This document shows positions 19,444 to 30,078 of a DNA stretch of 55,151 nucleotides, piece after piece. Position numbers and translations under genes: made by a program. The stretch spans positions 315,317 through 370,467 of the forward strand of contig JBOEGF010000011.1 in assembly GCA_050633305.1 (NCBI GenBank). The letters are read 5' to 3'. Within the stretch, counting starts at the first letter, position 1. Each line of letters starts with the position of its first letter. This DNA comes from Nannocystales bacterium. Lineage in GTDB: Bacteria > Myxococcota_A > Polyangia > Nannocystales > Nannocystaceae. Under the pieces are notes generated by a model that saw nothing but the letters and a program-made list of their open reading frames with translations, was not told the DNA's origin and did no database searches.

Positions 19444-20937
19444 TCATCGTGCCGCGTCGCCGGCTTCGCGAGCGAGCTTCGCGAAGCTCCGACGGGTCGC
19501 GGCCTCTTCGTCCGTGACGATGCGGACATCGGTCTCGGCCTGACGGCGTAGCCACGAGAGGCGGCCGTCATCGATTTCGTCCAACACGCTGCGAAACAGG
19601 GGGACGGCGCTCGCCACCGCGGGTTGAATGCTGGTGGAGGCGCGGTCGATGGCGACGCGGAGAGCGTCCGGACGGGCGCGGAAAACAAGCACGGCGCGCC
19701 CCAGGGCGAAGCGGCGCGCAAACTCGGACGGTGCCGCCTCGATCGCCTCGAGCTGGGTCCGGGCGACCACGCTGGGCGAGGGCCAGTCGGGATCCGCGGC
19801 GTGGTCGAGCGAGGCCGCGGAGGCAGGCGAGGAGTTGGCTCGCGCGCGTTTGAGTCGCGCATCGAGTCGCTCGAGGTACTCCTCGCCCTCAACGTCGGTC
19901 AGCCCAGCCTGCAACAGCTGCTCGATGTCCGCCAAGGGCACGTTGCCGCGCTTGCGCAGGGTGAGGGCGCGGGCGATGGCGAGGTCGACGAACCCGTGCT
20001 CGAGCAGGCGGGGCAACGCGTTGGCGATGGGCTCGACCCGGTTGGGGGACTGCGGTCCCAGGTCGCGCTCGAAGGCCTTGAGCAATCGAGCATGGACGTC
20101 GGTCCGCTCCACGTATTGGCGACCCATCGATAGCTCGTAGGCGACCAACGGTGGATCGCCGGCACTCGAGTCTGCTTCGAGCACGAGCACAGCCCACAAG
20201 ATGGCGCGTTCAGTCTCGTTGAAGAGCGTGCCGAGGCCGGGGACCCGTCGACGCCAGTACGCGGTGCAGAAGGCGCGGCCGTAATGGATCGACAGCGCGG
20301 CGAGTTGGCGTCCCAGCGGCCCCGGTGGTCGGGTCGTTTCGATGCCAAGTTGGCGAAGCGCGTGGGTATGGACCTTGGCCAGGTACGCGCGGGCTTGGGT
20401 GTGGGCCCCGGGTCCGAGTCCCGGGGTTTGGAGCCGCGCCCGCGCCAAGGCGAGCGTCGACAACACGGTGTCGGACAGTGGGGTGACGATCGCGGTGGCG
20501 GGGTCGGGCAGGCGGGCGTCGATCTCCACGTCGACGCTTGTCTGTGCCACGAGCTTGGCCAGCGCTTCGAGCTCGTTGTGCCCCGCGAGCAGCGGAATAC
20601 GGCGGCGCGCTGCATCGGCCGAGTCTGCCGCGAGCAGTGCCTTTCGGGCCGCAACGGCGTCGAGCGGTGTCTCCGGGCACAGGACGGGCAGTAGAGCCGC
20701 CGCGTGGCCATCCTCGGCTGCCATGGCGGCAACCTCTTCGCAGTCCTCCGGGAGCACGGGGGGAGGCGCGAGCGGCTTGGGCACAGGAGTGCCGAGCGCG
20801 GGATTCAGCGTCGAGACCGGGTCGGACCCGCACGCCGCGACGAGCAGCAGGCTACTGCTCGACCAGACGACGAATGACTTCGCGGAGGCGGTGAACACCG
20901 CCCATGTCGCGCGCCATGAACTCAAGACCGACACCAT
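19444..20937 (-). CDS. Hypothetical lipoprotein (helical)
   Basis: Long ORF with lipobox LLLVAAC. Start uncertain because it overlaps the PilZ gene. Confidence 0.65.
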   Translation of the reverse strand: MVSVLSSWRATWAVFTASAKSFVVWSSSSLLLVAACGSDPVSTLNPALGTPVPKPLAPPPVLPEDCEEVAAMAAEDGHAAALLPVLCPETPLDAVAARKALLAADSADAARRRIPLLAGHNELEALAKLVAQTSVDVEIDARLPDPATAIVTPLSDTVLSTLALARARLQTPGLGPGAHTQARAYLAKVHTHALRQLGIETTRPPGPLGRQLAALSIHYGRAFCTAYWRRRVPGLGTLFNETERAILWAVLVLEADSSAGDPPLVAYELSMGRQYVERTDVHARLLKAFERDLGPQSPNRVEPIANALPRLLEHGFVDLAIARALTLRKRGNVPLADIEQLLQAGLTDVEGEEYLERLDARLKRARANSSPASAASLDHAADPDWPSPSVVARTQLEAIEAAPSEFARRFALGRAVLVFRARPDALRVAIDRASTSIQPAVASAVPLFRSVLDEIDDGRLSWLRRQAETDVRIVTDEEAATRRSFAKLAREAGDAAR

Positions 20938-21478
20938 CGGGATGGTCCGTGTTGCGGACGATGGATAACACCTCGAGCGGGCGCTCGCTGCCCGGAGGCA
21001 TGATCTCGATGATCACCTCTTCTCCGGACTCCGGGCGCGTCTCATCGGGGGTGAGCAGCAGCCCTCCGCCCTCGGAGATCTCCGAGAGGGCTGCGACGAC
21101 GAAGTCGTTCGTGTTCTGCCGTCGCCACCGGATCTCGACCATGACGGGCAAGCGAACGTGTCGACGTCGAGCGTTGAGCTTGATCTCGCCCGCGCCGACG
21201 CGGCGGAGGAACTGCAGCTTGGTCCACTCCGTACCCGTGCACCGCAGCACGCCACCGGCGCGCACGCGAAGCCGAGGGCGGGCAGGATGCCAATCTCGGC
21301 CGATCGCCCGTACCATCATCTTTCCGGGCAGGGAGGGGAAGTGCACTTCGAGGAGCACCTCCTCGCCCGGCTCAAACCCGTCCGTGGTGAACACCTGAAG
21401 CGCGCATTCTTCTCCGGGCGCGTCGATCGCTTCGACGAAGGCCTCAGGGGATGCGTAGTGGCAGCGAATTTTACGCAA
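20852..21478 (-). CDS. PilZ domain protein (tandem PilZ-like)
   Basis: RRRHVR followed by EISEGG and GVGLEF. Start probably TTG 21478. Confidence 0.85.
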   Translation of the reverse strand: MRKIRCHYASPEAFVEAIDAPGEECALQVFTTDGFEPGEEVLLEVHFPSLPGKMMVRAIGRDWHPARPRLRVRAGGVLRCTGTEWTKLQFLRRVGAGEIKLNARRRHVRLPVMVEIRWRRQNTNDFVVAALSEISEGGGLLLTPDETRPESGEEVIIEIMPPGSERPLEVLSIVRNTDHPDGVGLEFMARDMGGVHRLREVIRRLVEQ

Positions 21479-21622
21479 TGTCCGATACAATTCCAGGGGG
21501 TGTAGCTGACCATACCACATCGCAACTCGACGATCCGGTGTCCGTTTGTGAGGCCTCGCGCGTTGACCGCGGGAACCTCGGACTCAGCGAACCGGCCCAG
21601 GCGGCCGTATGATGCGCAGAAC

Positions 21623-22384
21623 GTGACTTCGGCGGCTTCTGGAGAGCCAACGACCCGCGCGGTCGTTTTGGTACCCACCTACAACGAGAAGGAGAACATC
21701 GACACGATCCTCGCTGCGATTCGAAGTGCGCAGCCGACGTTCGATGTTTGCGTGATCGATGACGCCAGTCCCGACGGGACCGGCGCGCTCGCCGACGCGT
21801 GGGCAGCACGGGACGAGAAGGTCCATGTGCTGCACCGCGAGGGCAAGGAAGGACTCGGCCGCGCCTACCTCCACGGGTTCCGCTGGGCTCTCGAGCACGA
21901 GGCCGGCTTCACCCACGTGTTCGAGATGGACGCCGACGGCAGCCACCCTCCGCGTTTCCTCGGAGACCTGCTACGGGCGACGGAGCAGGGGGCCGACCTC
22001 GCGCTCGGTTCCCGGTACGTCGAAGGCGGCGGAATCGAAGGGTGGGGACCGCATCGGTTGGCCTTGTCGTGGGGCGGGAGTCTGTATGCCCGCTCCGTCT
22101 TGGGCGTTTCGGTGCGGGACATGACCGGTGGGTACAAGTGCTTCACCCGGCGGGTGTTGGAGACACTTCCTTTTGAGGAGATCCTCACCGTTGGCTACGG
22201 GTTTCAGATCGAAGTGACGTATCGGGCGCTCGAGGCCGGGTTCGAAGTGGCCGAGGTGCCGATCATCTTTCCGGATCGCGAACGCGGGGAGTCCAAGATG
22301 TCGATGCGTATCTTTTGGGAGGGGTTCACGTCGGTATGGCGCCTACGCGGTGCAGACACACGGACGCGGAGGACCGGTCGATGA
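21623..22384 (+). CDS. Polyprenol monophosphomannose synthase (GT2, Ppm1/DPM1-like)
   Basis: PTYNEKEN, DDASPDGTG, GLG.AY, EMDAD.SH, GSRY, D.TGGYKC and F.DR..GESKM. Confidence 0.9.
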   Translation: MTSAASGEPTTRAVVLVPTYNEKENIDTILAAIRSAQPTFDVCVIDDASPDGTGALADAWAARDEKVHVLHREGKEGLGRAYLHGFRWALEHEAGFTHVFEMDADGSHPPRFLGDLLRATEQGADLALGSRYVEGGGIEGWGPHRLALSWGGSLYARSVLGVSVRDMTGGYKCFTRRVLETLPFEEILTVGYGFQIEVTYRALEAGFEVAEVPIIFPDRERGESKMSMRIFWEGFTSVWRLRGADTRTRRTGR

Positions 22385-23253
22385 GCAGCACGAAGGTCTA
22401 CCTGTCGAGTTCGGATCGAGTCGTCGATCCGGCGGAGGCGAACGTCAGCGTGTTCGACCGCGGATTCCTCTACGGCGACAGCATCTACGAGACGATGCGG
22501 ACCGCCGGCGGGGGGGTGCCGGTGGAGCTTCAGCGCCACCTCGAGAGATTGGCGCGAAGTGGTCAGGGCATCTACATGGACCTGCCACGTTCCGCGGCCG
22601 AGCTCGGTGAACTGATCGCGCGGACCCACGAGGCGACGGGCAACGACGAGAGTTACGTACGCATGATGATCACGCGCGGGGCGGGACCCATCGGTCTCGA
22701 CCCGCGCCGCAGCGAAGCGCCCACGATCGTCATCGTCGCGCAGCCGCTGCAGTTACCGTCCGAGGCCACCTATCTCAAGGGGCTCTCCGCGGTTCTTGTC
22801 GAGGTCGACAAGGTCGGCGGCGGACTCGACCCGGGCATCAAGACCGGGAACTACCTCAGCAACATCATCGCGCTGCGCGAGGCCATCAGTCGCGGCGGCG
22901 ACGATGCGATTCTCGTGACCTCGGCAGGTGAAGTCGCGGAGGGGGCGACGAGCAACGTATTCGCGGTGACCGACGGCAAGCTGTGCACGCCGCACCTCCG
23001 CGTCGGACTGCTCGCGGGGATCACCCGACAGGTCGTGTGCGAACTCGCAGCCGAGGTCGGACACCCCGCGCTCGAATGCACGGTGGACCCCGACGGACTT
23101 CGGCTCGCTTCCGAGGTGTTCCTCACCAGCTCGGTTCGCGGGATCATGCCCGTCACCCGCTTGGATGGTGCGCAGGTCGGCACCGGGCAGGCCGGTCCTG
23201 TCACCACGGCGCTGAGAGCTCGATACGAGTCGTACATCGCAAGCTACGGCTGA
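22381..23253 (+). CDS. PLP-dependent aminotransferase class IV (BCAT/DAAT/ADC-lyase family)
   Basis: DRGFLYGDSIYET, HLERL, KTGNYL, EGATSN, LAGITR and EVFLTSS. Confidence 0.9.
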   Translation: MSSTKVYLSSSDRVVDPAEANVSVFDRGFLYGDSIYETMRTAGGGVPVELQRHLERLARSGQGIYMDLPRSAAELGELIARTHEATGNDESYVRMMITRGAGPIGLDPRRSEAPTIVIVAQPLQLPSEATYLKGLSAVLVEVDKVGGGLDPGIKTGNYLSNIIALREAISRGGDDAILVTSAGEVAEGATSNVFAVTDGKLCTPHLRVGLLAGITRQVVCELAAEVGHPALECTVDPDGLRLASEVFLTSSVRGIMPVTRLDGAQVGTGQAGPVTTALRARYESYIASYG

Positions 23254-23317
23254 TTCGGTGGGCCCGTGCGTAGCGGTGGCGGCCGGTCGCGCTGCCTGAT
23301 AGGTTCGCGCCCTTCCG

Positions 23318-23869
23318 ATGATTCCGATCGAGATTTGCAAGCACCTGGGCAAAGAGCGCACCGATGCGTTCTACGAAGAACTCTCCGGCAAAGAGGTTCG
23401 TGCCGTCCTCAAGGCGGGTGGCTCGCACTCCGGTGTGCCCTCCACCGCGTTCACCCGTTCGCAGCGCCTCAAGGCGTGGCGTAAGCGCTTTGACGCGGAG
23501 TTCGAAAAAGAGAACCAGCAGCTCGCGCTGGCGTTCCTGATCGAGTGGCTGATGCGCCACCACCGTCAGATGCTCATCGACTACCTCGACTTCCTCGAGG
23601 TCAAGCACAACCAGGGCGAAACCGACGAGGACTTCTGCGAGACCAACTCGCCGGAAAAGCTCCGCGAAGGCGCGACGATGCTGCTCGGCAAGTACGAGCC
23701 CCACCAGGTCGCGGTGTACCTGCTGCTCGTCGGCCACCTTCAAGAGACCGGCGTGTTCGACCAGACCCCCTCGTTGCTCGAGGCGTTGGGCATGTCCGGT
23801 GGCGACGCGAAGACGTACGCTGAGAAGCACGCCGCGGACAATCCGCCCAAGGCCGAAGGCGCGGCGTAG
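23318..23869 (+). CDS. Conserved hypothetical protein
   Basis: Strong GC3 codon bias and a W.....QML..YLD.L...H..G pattern. Confidence 0.8.
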   Translation: MIPIEICKHLGKERTDAFYEELSGKEVRAVLKAGGSHSGVPSTAFTRSQRLKAWRKRFDAEFEKENQQLALAFLIEWLMRHHRQMLIDYLDFLEVKHNQGETDEDFCETNSPEKLREGATMLLGKYEPHQVAVYLLLVGHLQETGVFDQTPSLLEALGMSGGDAKTYAEKHAADNPPKAEGAA

Positions 23870-23904
23870 CGCCGTCGGGCAGCCCGATCGCAGCGAGGAC
23901 ACCG

Positions 23905-24228
23905 ATGGACCGGCTAGGCATGTTGCGGAAGATGGCGGCGGCGAAGCCCGACGAGGCATTCCCGGCTTACGGACTCGCGATGGAGCTCTCCAAACAGGGG
24001 CTGCTTGACGAGGCTCGCACGACGTTCGCGGCGCTGGTCGAGCGCCTGCCCGACTACGTGCCGTCCTACCTCATGTTCGGGAACCTCCTCGTTTCGATGG
24101 GGGCCAAGGAGCAAGCCGCAGGGGTGTTCCGCTTGGGGATCGGAGCTGCCGAGCGCGGCGGAGACGACCACGCACGCGGAGAGCTCCAAGGCGCGCTTGA
24201 TGAACTCGCGCACGGGGCCGAGGCGTGA
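23905..24228 (+). CDS. Small TPR protein
   Basis: P.EAFPAYGLAME...PDYVPSY..G TPR pattern, SD GAGGA. Confidence 0.85.
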   Translation: MDRLGMLRKMAAAKPDEAFPAYGLAMELSKQGLLDEARTTFAALVERLPDYVPSYLMFGNLLVSMGAKEQAAGVFRLGIGAAERGGDDHARGELQGALDELAHGAEA

Positions 24229-25130
24229 GTCGGCTTCCCGAGCTCCGATTCGCCTCGCCGCGCAAGCTCCCCCGGGCTGGAAGCCTCGACGGCCGCGTGG
24301 TCGTGCTCGACATCGCGTTCGCGGCTGAGGGCATCGGCAAGGGCTTCGAAAAGACGACCGGCAAGTTCATCAAGAACCTCGACGCCCGGCTGGCAAAGTG
24401 GGTCGATCACCACGACCATCCGTTGCACGAGTCCTTCTCGCGGGATGAGCGTTTCGTGCTCGCGACCAAGGCCCAACACGGTGCCTGCCCGGAGATGATC
24501 ACCGTCGAGATGGTCGAGCGCACCGGTCCGGTGGACACGGTGCTGTGTCACTTCGACCTCGACGGTCTGTACGCGGCGGCCAAATGGGTCCTCGGCGGCA
24601 AGGAACCGTACCCCGGCGCGGATGCAGACGCCCGGGTGGTCGACACCCGGATCGGGGTGGCAACGAAGGAGGCCGAGCGCATCGACCATGCGCTGCGGGC
24701 CCACTGGCTCGACGACACCCTCAAGCGACGCGTCGTCCTGTACTTGGTGGGCGGGCTCAAAGCGGGCGTCGAACGCAACTCGATCGAAGAGGCTGCCGCG
24801 GATTTCCGGCGGATGGCCGACGCGGCGAAGCGACTCTCCGACGAATATGAGGTCGAAGGTGGGATCGCGTACCTGGAGCTTCGATCCGACGCACCCAAGT
24901 GCGACAAGACCGAGCTGTTGCTGCTCGGTCAGCAGCAGGCGACGGTCTCGATCGTGGTCGACGCCGGCAACGCGACCATCGCCGCGCCCTTCGAGAGTGG
25001 GCTCGACTTCGTACGCTTGCTCGACCTCGGGGGCGGAATGCCCACGCGGGTCAACATCCCGAAGAAGCGGCTGGCGAACGCGATCGAGACGATTCGAGCC
25101 GTGCTCGCCGAGCGTGACGCCGCGACGTGA
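24225..25130 (+). CDS. DHH-family phosphoesterase-like protein with permuted motif order
   Basis: VVVLD, WVDHHDH, CHFDLDG and C-terminal GGGMP. GTGA overlap with the TPR gene. Confidence 0.7.
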   Translation: MSRLPELRFASPRKLPRAGSLDGRVVVLDIAFAAEGIGKGFEKTTGKFIKNLDARLAKWVDHHDHPLHESFSRDERFVLATKAQHGACPEMITVEMVERTGPVDTVLCHFDLDGLYAAAKWVLGGKEPYPGADADARVVDTRIGVATKEAERIDHALRAHWLDDTLKRRVVLYLVGGLKAGVERNSIEEAAADFRRMADAAKRLSDEYEVEGGIAYLELRSDAPKCDKTELLLLGQQQATVSIVVDAGNATIAAPFESGLDFVRLLDLGGGMPTRVNIPKKRLANAIETIRAVLAERDAAT

Positions 25131-25175
25131 GCCGGCCGGATGAGGTCCGCTTCGGCAGGACGTAGACTGCCGTCG

Positions 25176-26204
25176 ATGACTCGCGCTTCCAGTGTGTTTG
25201 TGATCGCGGCGATACTCTCAGCGTGCTCCGTCTCGGTCGGGTCGAAGCCGGCGTCGACACCCTCGGGCAGCGCAGCGGCTGCGACCCTCTCGCCCGATCC
25301 GGAGGCGCCTTCCGATGAGGCTGCGACCGGAGGTGCCCCGGTCCGCGCGAATCCTGCGGGAGCACCTACGCGGACCAACCCCGAAGACGAGGGGACCCGT
25401 CCCGCGACGAAGGCCGACTCATACGCAGAGGGCATCGCGGTGCTGGATGTGTCCGCGCCCGGCACGTTTGCGGCGGCGGTTGCCCTGTTCATCGAATTCC
25501 ATCCCGCCGGGAGCACGCGGGCGTCGACGATTCGGCTGGATCTCGAGTCGTTCCTCGACCTCGTCGAAGCCACGACCGCGGCTGCGGACGTGACGGTTCG
25601 AGGTTCGGACGGCTTGATGGCGGCCGCCTGCGCACAGGCGGGGTTCGACTGCGGAACCGCGACCGAAGACGATCGGGCCCAGCTTCGTGCGTTGCAGGAG
25701 CGCGGCGTTCGGTTCGGATACGCGGGGGAGGGGACCGTGCGAGTTGCCGTTGATCATCGCGCCGTGGCGCAGGCCCTGGACCCAGCGCTCGACGAGCCTT
25801 CGACGCGATTTCTGGCTGCCACGCACGCGTCAGCGCTGCTCTCCGAGGGGTTCGACGAAGGGGGCTTCTCTGGGGATGCGGCGCTCGCCGTGGACGCGCT
25901 CGTACGCTGGGAAGGACTGGTCGCCGACCCCGGTCCGTATGCCGCAATTGCGCCGAGGCAGGCCGCGGACGTTCGCCGGACGTATCTCCGTCTTTGCTAC
26001 GACGGCGAACACCAAAAACCGCCGTGTCAGGCCAACAAGGCGTTGCGGGCCTCCTACTCTCGGTTTGGCAAGCGCCACCCCGACTCACCCTCTGCCCCTG
26101 TCGTGGCCGCGTTCTACCAGGCGTTGCGCCGCCGCCGGTGGCAGGCGAGCGCCGACGAACTCGACGCGATGGTGACCAAGGCGCTTGCCGCCGGGCCTGC
26201 CTGA
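25176..26204 (+). CDS. Hypothetical lipoprotein
   Basis: Signal VFVIAAILSAC, low-complexity linker and helical domain. Confidence 0.7.
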   Translation: MTRASSVFVIAAILSACSVSVGSKPASTPSGSAAAATLSPDPEAPSDEAATGGAPVRANPAGAPTRTNPEDEGTRPATKADSYAEGIAVLDVSAPGTFAAAVALFIEFHPAGSTRASTIRLDLESFLDLVEATTAAADVTVRGSDGLMAAACAQAGFDCGTATEDDRAQLRALQERGVRFGYAGEGTVRVAVDHRAVAQALDPALDEPSTRFLAATHASALLSEGFDEGGFSGDAALAVDALVRWEGLVADPGPYAAIAPRQAADVRRTYLRLCYDGEHQKPPCQANKALRASYSRFGKRHPDSPSAPVVAAFYQALRRRRWQASADELDAMVTKALAAGPA

Positions 26205-26231
26205 GACAAGAGGTGCAGCGGAGGGGTCGAG

Positions 26232-27161
26232 ATGCGACATCGAAAGGAGTACACGGCGCGGGTCAATCGGGTTGTCGATCACATCGAACGGCACCTCGAT
26301 GTCGAGCTGTCACTCACCGAGCTCGCCTCGATCGCACACTTTTCGCCGTTTCATTTCCATCGCGTGTTTCGGGCCATGGTCGGCGAGACACTGCAGCGGT
26401 TTGTCCAGCGGCTTCGGTTGGAACGGGCGGCGACCTGGTTGGTTCACGACCCGGAGCGGTCGATCACGTCCATCGCCCTCGATAGTGGGTTCGCGAGCTC
26501 AGCAACGTTTGCACGTGCATTTCGGGCGGAGTTTGGAATGAGTGCGAGCGCGTGTCGCGACGGCTCTCAACATCGCAACCTCGGCAAACTCGTTGGCAAC
26601 TCAGGCAAAGCCGAGGCCGGAGCTGGGCCCTACGGTGTTTCCCAGATGGAGAACACCACACCAAAAAACCGGGCCGTGGACATGCAGGTCGAGGTCCGAG
26701 ATCTCGAACCCACCCGGGTCGCGTATGTCCGGCACACGGGTCCCTACGCCGGGGACGAAAACTTGTTTGAGACCCTGTTCGGCAGGCTGTCCAAGTGGGC
26801 CGGTCCCCGAGGACTGCTCGGTCCATCCTCGCAGTTCTTGTGCGTCTACCACGACAATCCGCAGGTGACGGACGAAGCCAAGCGACGGATCAGCGTGTCC
26901 GTGACGGTGCCCGAGTCCACCGAAGTCGAGGGCGAGATTGGTGCGATGGTGCTGGACGGGGGACGCTATGCGATCGCCAAGATCCGGATCGACGCCGACC
27001 AGTATGCCGACGCATGGGACCAGCTGCTCAGCGAGTGGATGCCCGACAGTGGCTACCAGCCCGACGATCGCCTGTCCTTCGAGCGGTTCTTGAACGATCC
27101 GGCGAGCGACCCCGAGCAAAAACACGAACTCGAGATTTGCTTTCCAGTGCGTCCGCTGTAG
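26232..27161 (+). CDS. AraC family regulator with GyrI-like effector domain
   Basis: FSPFHFHRVF and GF.SSATFARAFR HTH motifs; VAYVRHTGPY, YHDNP and W.P.SGYQPD. Confidence 0.93.
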   Translation: MRHRKEYTARVNRVVDHIERHLDVELSLTELASIAHFSPFHFHRVFRAMVGETLQRFVQRLRLERAATWLVHDPERSITSIALDSGFASSATFARAFRAEFGMSASACRDGSQHRNLGKLVGNSGKAEAGAGPYGVSQMENTTPKNRAVDMQVEVRDLEPTRVAYVRHTGPYAGDENLFETLFGRLSKWAGPRGLLGPSSQFLCVYHDNPQVTDEAKRRISVSVTVPESTEVEGEIGAMVLDGGRYAIAKIRIDADQYADAWDQLLSEWMPDSGYQPDDRLSFERFLNDPASDPEQKHELEICFPVRPL

Positions 27162-27172
27162 CGCGGGGGGCG

Positions 27173-27664
27173 CTACGTGTCCACGAGCGTCTTCTCGAAG
27201 TACCGGACGACCTTGTCCGCGCGGAGCGTTCGGTCCGAGACCGCCGTCCAGCCGGAGCGCTCGTGGAAGGCGATCGACTGCGGGTTCGCAGGGACGACGT
27301 TGACCTCGCACAACAGGCGCGTCGCGTGCTGGGCCAGCGCGTGTGCTTCGAGCACGGCGTAGAGCTTGGAGCCCAGTCCTCGCCGTTTGTGGGTGGGGCT
27401 GATGATGATGCGGTCGACGTAGCGAAACTGCTCGAATCGCTTCTGCAGCCATCGGTAGTGCGCGCTGGTGTACTCGGACCCGGGGGCGAAGCTGACGAGT
27501 AGACCGGCGAGCGTGTTCTCGTCGGTTGCCACCCAGCACCGATCCGCCTGGGACACGAGCGTGGCCAGTGACTCGGCGTCGTGGGAGTTGACGGCGGGGA
27601 GCGCGGCCTCGTTGAGCCGGAGGGCGGCGTCGAGGTCGGCGGGGGCAAGGTCTCGAATCTGCAT
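27173..27664 (-). CDS. GNAT family N-acetyltransferase
   Basis: YVDRIII...RRGLG..LY and CEVN..P.N..S.AFH..G. Confidence 0.9.
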   Translation of the reverse strand: MQIRDLAPADLDAALRLNEAALPAVNSHDAESLATLVSQADRCWVATDENTLAGLLVSFAPGSEYTSAHYRWLQKRFEQFRYVDRIIISPTHKRRGLGSKLYAVLEAHALAQHATRLLCEVNVVPANPQSIAFHERSGWTAVSDRTLRADKVVRYFEKTLVDT

Positions 27665-27848
27665 CGTGACCCTCCGGACTCTACGACGGGACGGCGAAGC
27701 TCGGCCTCGCTCGAGGCGGGCTGAGGAACCTGTTTGGTGAAATCCGGCTGCACTTGTGTGAGGTCGGCGCGGGGGACATCTTCAATTCGAACCAGGCGCC
27801 GTCGCTTGCGAACCCGGAGGACCCGTGCAGAATCGAAACTTTGACGGC

Positions 27849-28376
27849 ATGTTTCGTACGGCGCTCAATCGAAGCGTGCCCTGGGCTGCCGACGGACTCG
27901 AGGGAGACTACGCCGTCGTCGACTGTGCTCGGGACTCGCGGATCCATCCCGCCGTCGTGGGGTCGCGGGTCGAGTCGGTCTGCCTCTACGACGGCAGGCT
28001 TGGGCGTGGGTTGGCCGCGGTCGCGCCCTACCTCGTTCGGCTGGAACAGGGGTCTCGGTTCTCCAATACGTTCTACGAGCACGGATGGAACGACGCATGG
28101 GGGCTTGTGATCCGCACCCGCGTCGGGCTCGCGGCACTGCGTCGGCACTTTCGAACGCTGGCCTACGTCCGCCGTGAGGCGGGGCCCAAGCTGCTCTTTC
28201 GGTACTACGACGTTCGTGTCCTTCGCACGTTCTTGCCAACGTGTAGCGAACAGCAGCTCAAGCAAGTGTTCGGCCCCGTGGACGCGTTCGTCCTCGATGG
28301 GATCGGCGGTGTGTCGCCTCAGATCGCGTCGCGGACCGAGGAGGGAAGACTGTCGGTGCAGGAGATTCTGCACTGA
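27849..28376 (+). CDS. DUF4123 domain protein (T6SS effector chaperone family)
   Basis: YAVVD.ARD, LY.G..LA.VAPYLV.L, WG, L..HFR and FRYYD.RVL..FL. Confidence 0.85.
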   Translation: MFRTALNRSVPWAADGLEGDYAVVDCARDSRIHPAVVGSRVESVCLYDGRLGRGLAAVAPYLVRLEQGSRFSNTFYEHGWNDAWGLVIRTRVGLAALRRHFRTLAYVRREAGPKLLFRYYDVRVLRTFLPTCSEQQLKQVFGPVDAFVLDGIGGVSPQIASRTEEGRLSVQEILH

Positions 28377-28963
28377 TGTTTCACGGTCCTCGGAGAACAG
28401 TCGACTTAGGGCGCGTTGTTCTTCGGCGGGTCGAGTTTGGCGGAAGCGGTTGGAACAACCGTCCGGTCGGGCTCGAGAGCGCACTGCGCGAGTACGTCGG
28501 CCGCCGCGGAACCGGGAGCGGTCTTGCCGACCTACTCGGGTCGTCGGCCGTCGACAGTCGTGACTCTGGAGCCGTCGTCGCACGCATCTGTGCGCTCGTG
28601 GAGGCCGGGAGGATTCAGGTCGAGTGGCGGGATTCGGGATTCGGCGGGCACGCCAGTGCCTCTCCTGAGCCGGTCCCGCTTGCATCGCTCGAGGGCGAGC
28701 CGGAGACCCTCGCCGAGGCTCCGCCCGAACCGGTCGGTGAATCGACAGATCCGGATCCGCACCCCGAAACGACGGCGGCACAGGCTCGCGCGTTGGTCAA
28801 TGCTGCGCGGGCGGGGACGCCATTCTGCGAGGTCTGTGCACCCGCACCGAAGACCGCGCCCGTCGATGAAAAGCAGGCCGCGGCCGAGGCCGCGCAAGTC
28901 GAGGCTTTGACCCTCGCGGCCGAGGAGGGGACTGCGTTCTGCGAGGTGTGCTCCGCACCGTGA
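28376..28963 (+). CDS. Hypothetical protein with two Q..AL..AA..GT.FCEVC repeats
   Basis: TGATG coupling to the DUF4123 gene and two CxxC-bearing repeats. Confidence 0.7.
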   Translation: MFHGPRRTVDLGRVVLRRVEFGGSGWNNRPVGLESALREYVGRRGTGSGLADLLGSSAVDSRDSGAVVARICALVEAGRIQVEWRDSGFGGHASASPEPVPLASLEGEPETLAEAPPEPVGESTDPDPHPETTAAQARALVNAARAGTPFCEVCAPAPKTAPVDEKQAAAEAAQVEALTLAAEEGTAFCEVCSAP

Positions 28964-29003
28964 TGTGGGGCTCGGGACGATCTCGGCCGATGCTGCGTCG
29001 GCG

Positions 29004-29981
<978 letters not shown>

Positions 29982-30078
29982 GCGTAGCCTCTACCACGGG
30001 TGTAGACGCACCACACGTTCGGCCGCCGCTGGGCATCCCGTGTGGAGCCGCGGGGAGCGAACGGGGCCGTGCGGGGGG

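Noticed and set aside
22381..23253. Calling the class IV PLP enzyme pabC or ilvE
   Set aside because: The visible motifs do not discriminate BCAT, D-amino acid aminotransferase and ADC lyase, so I left the call at family level.
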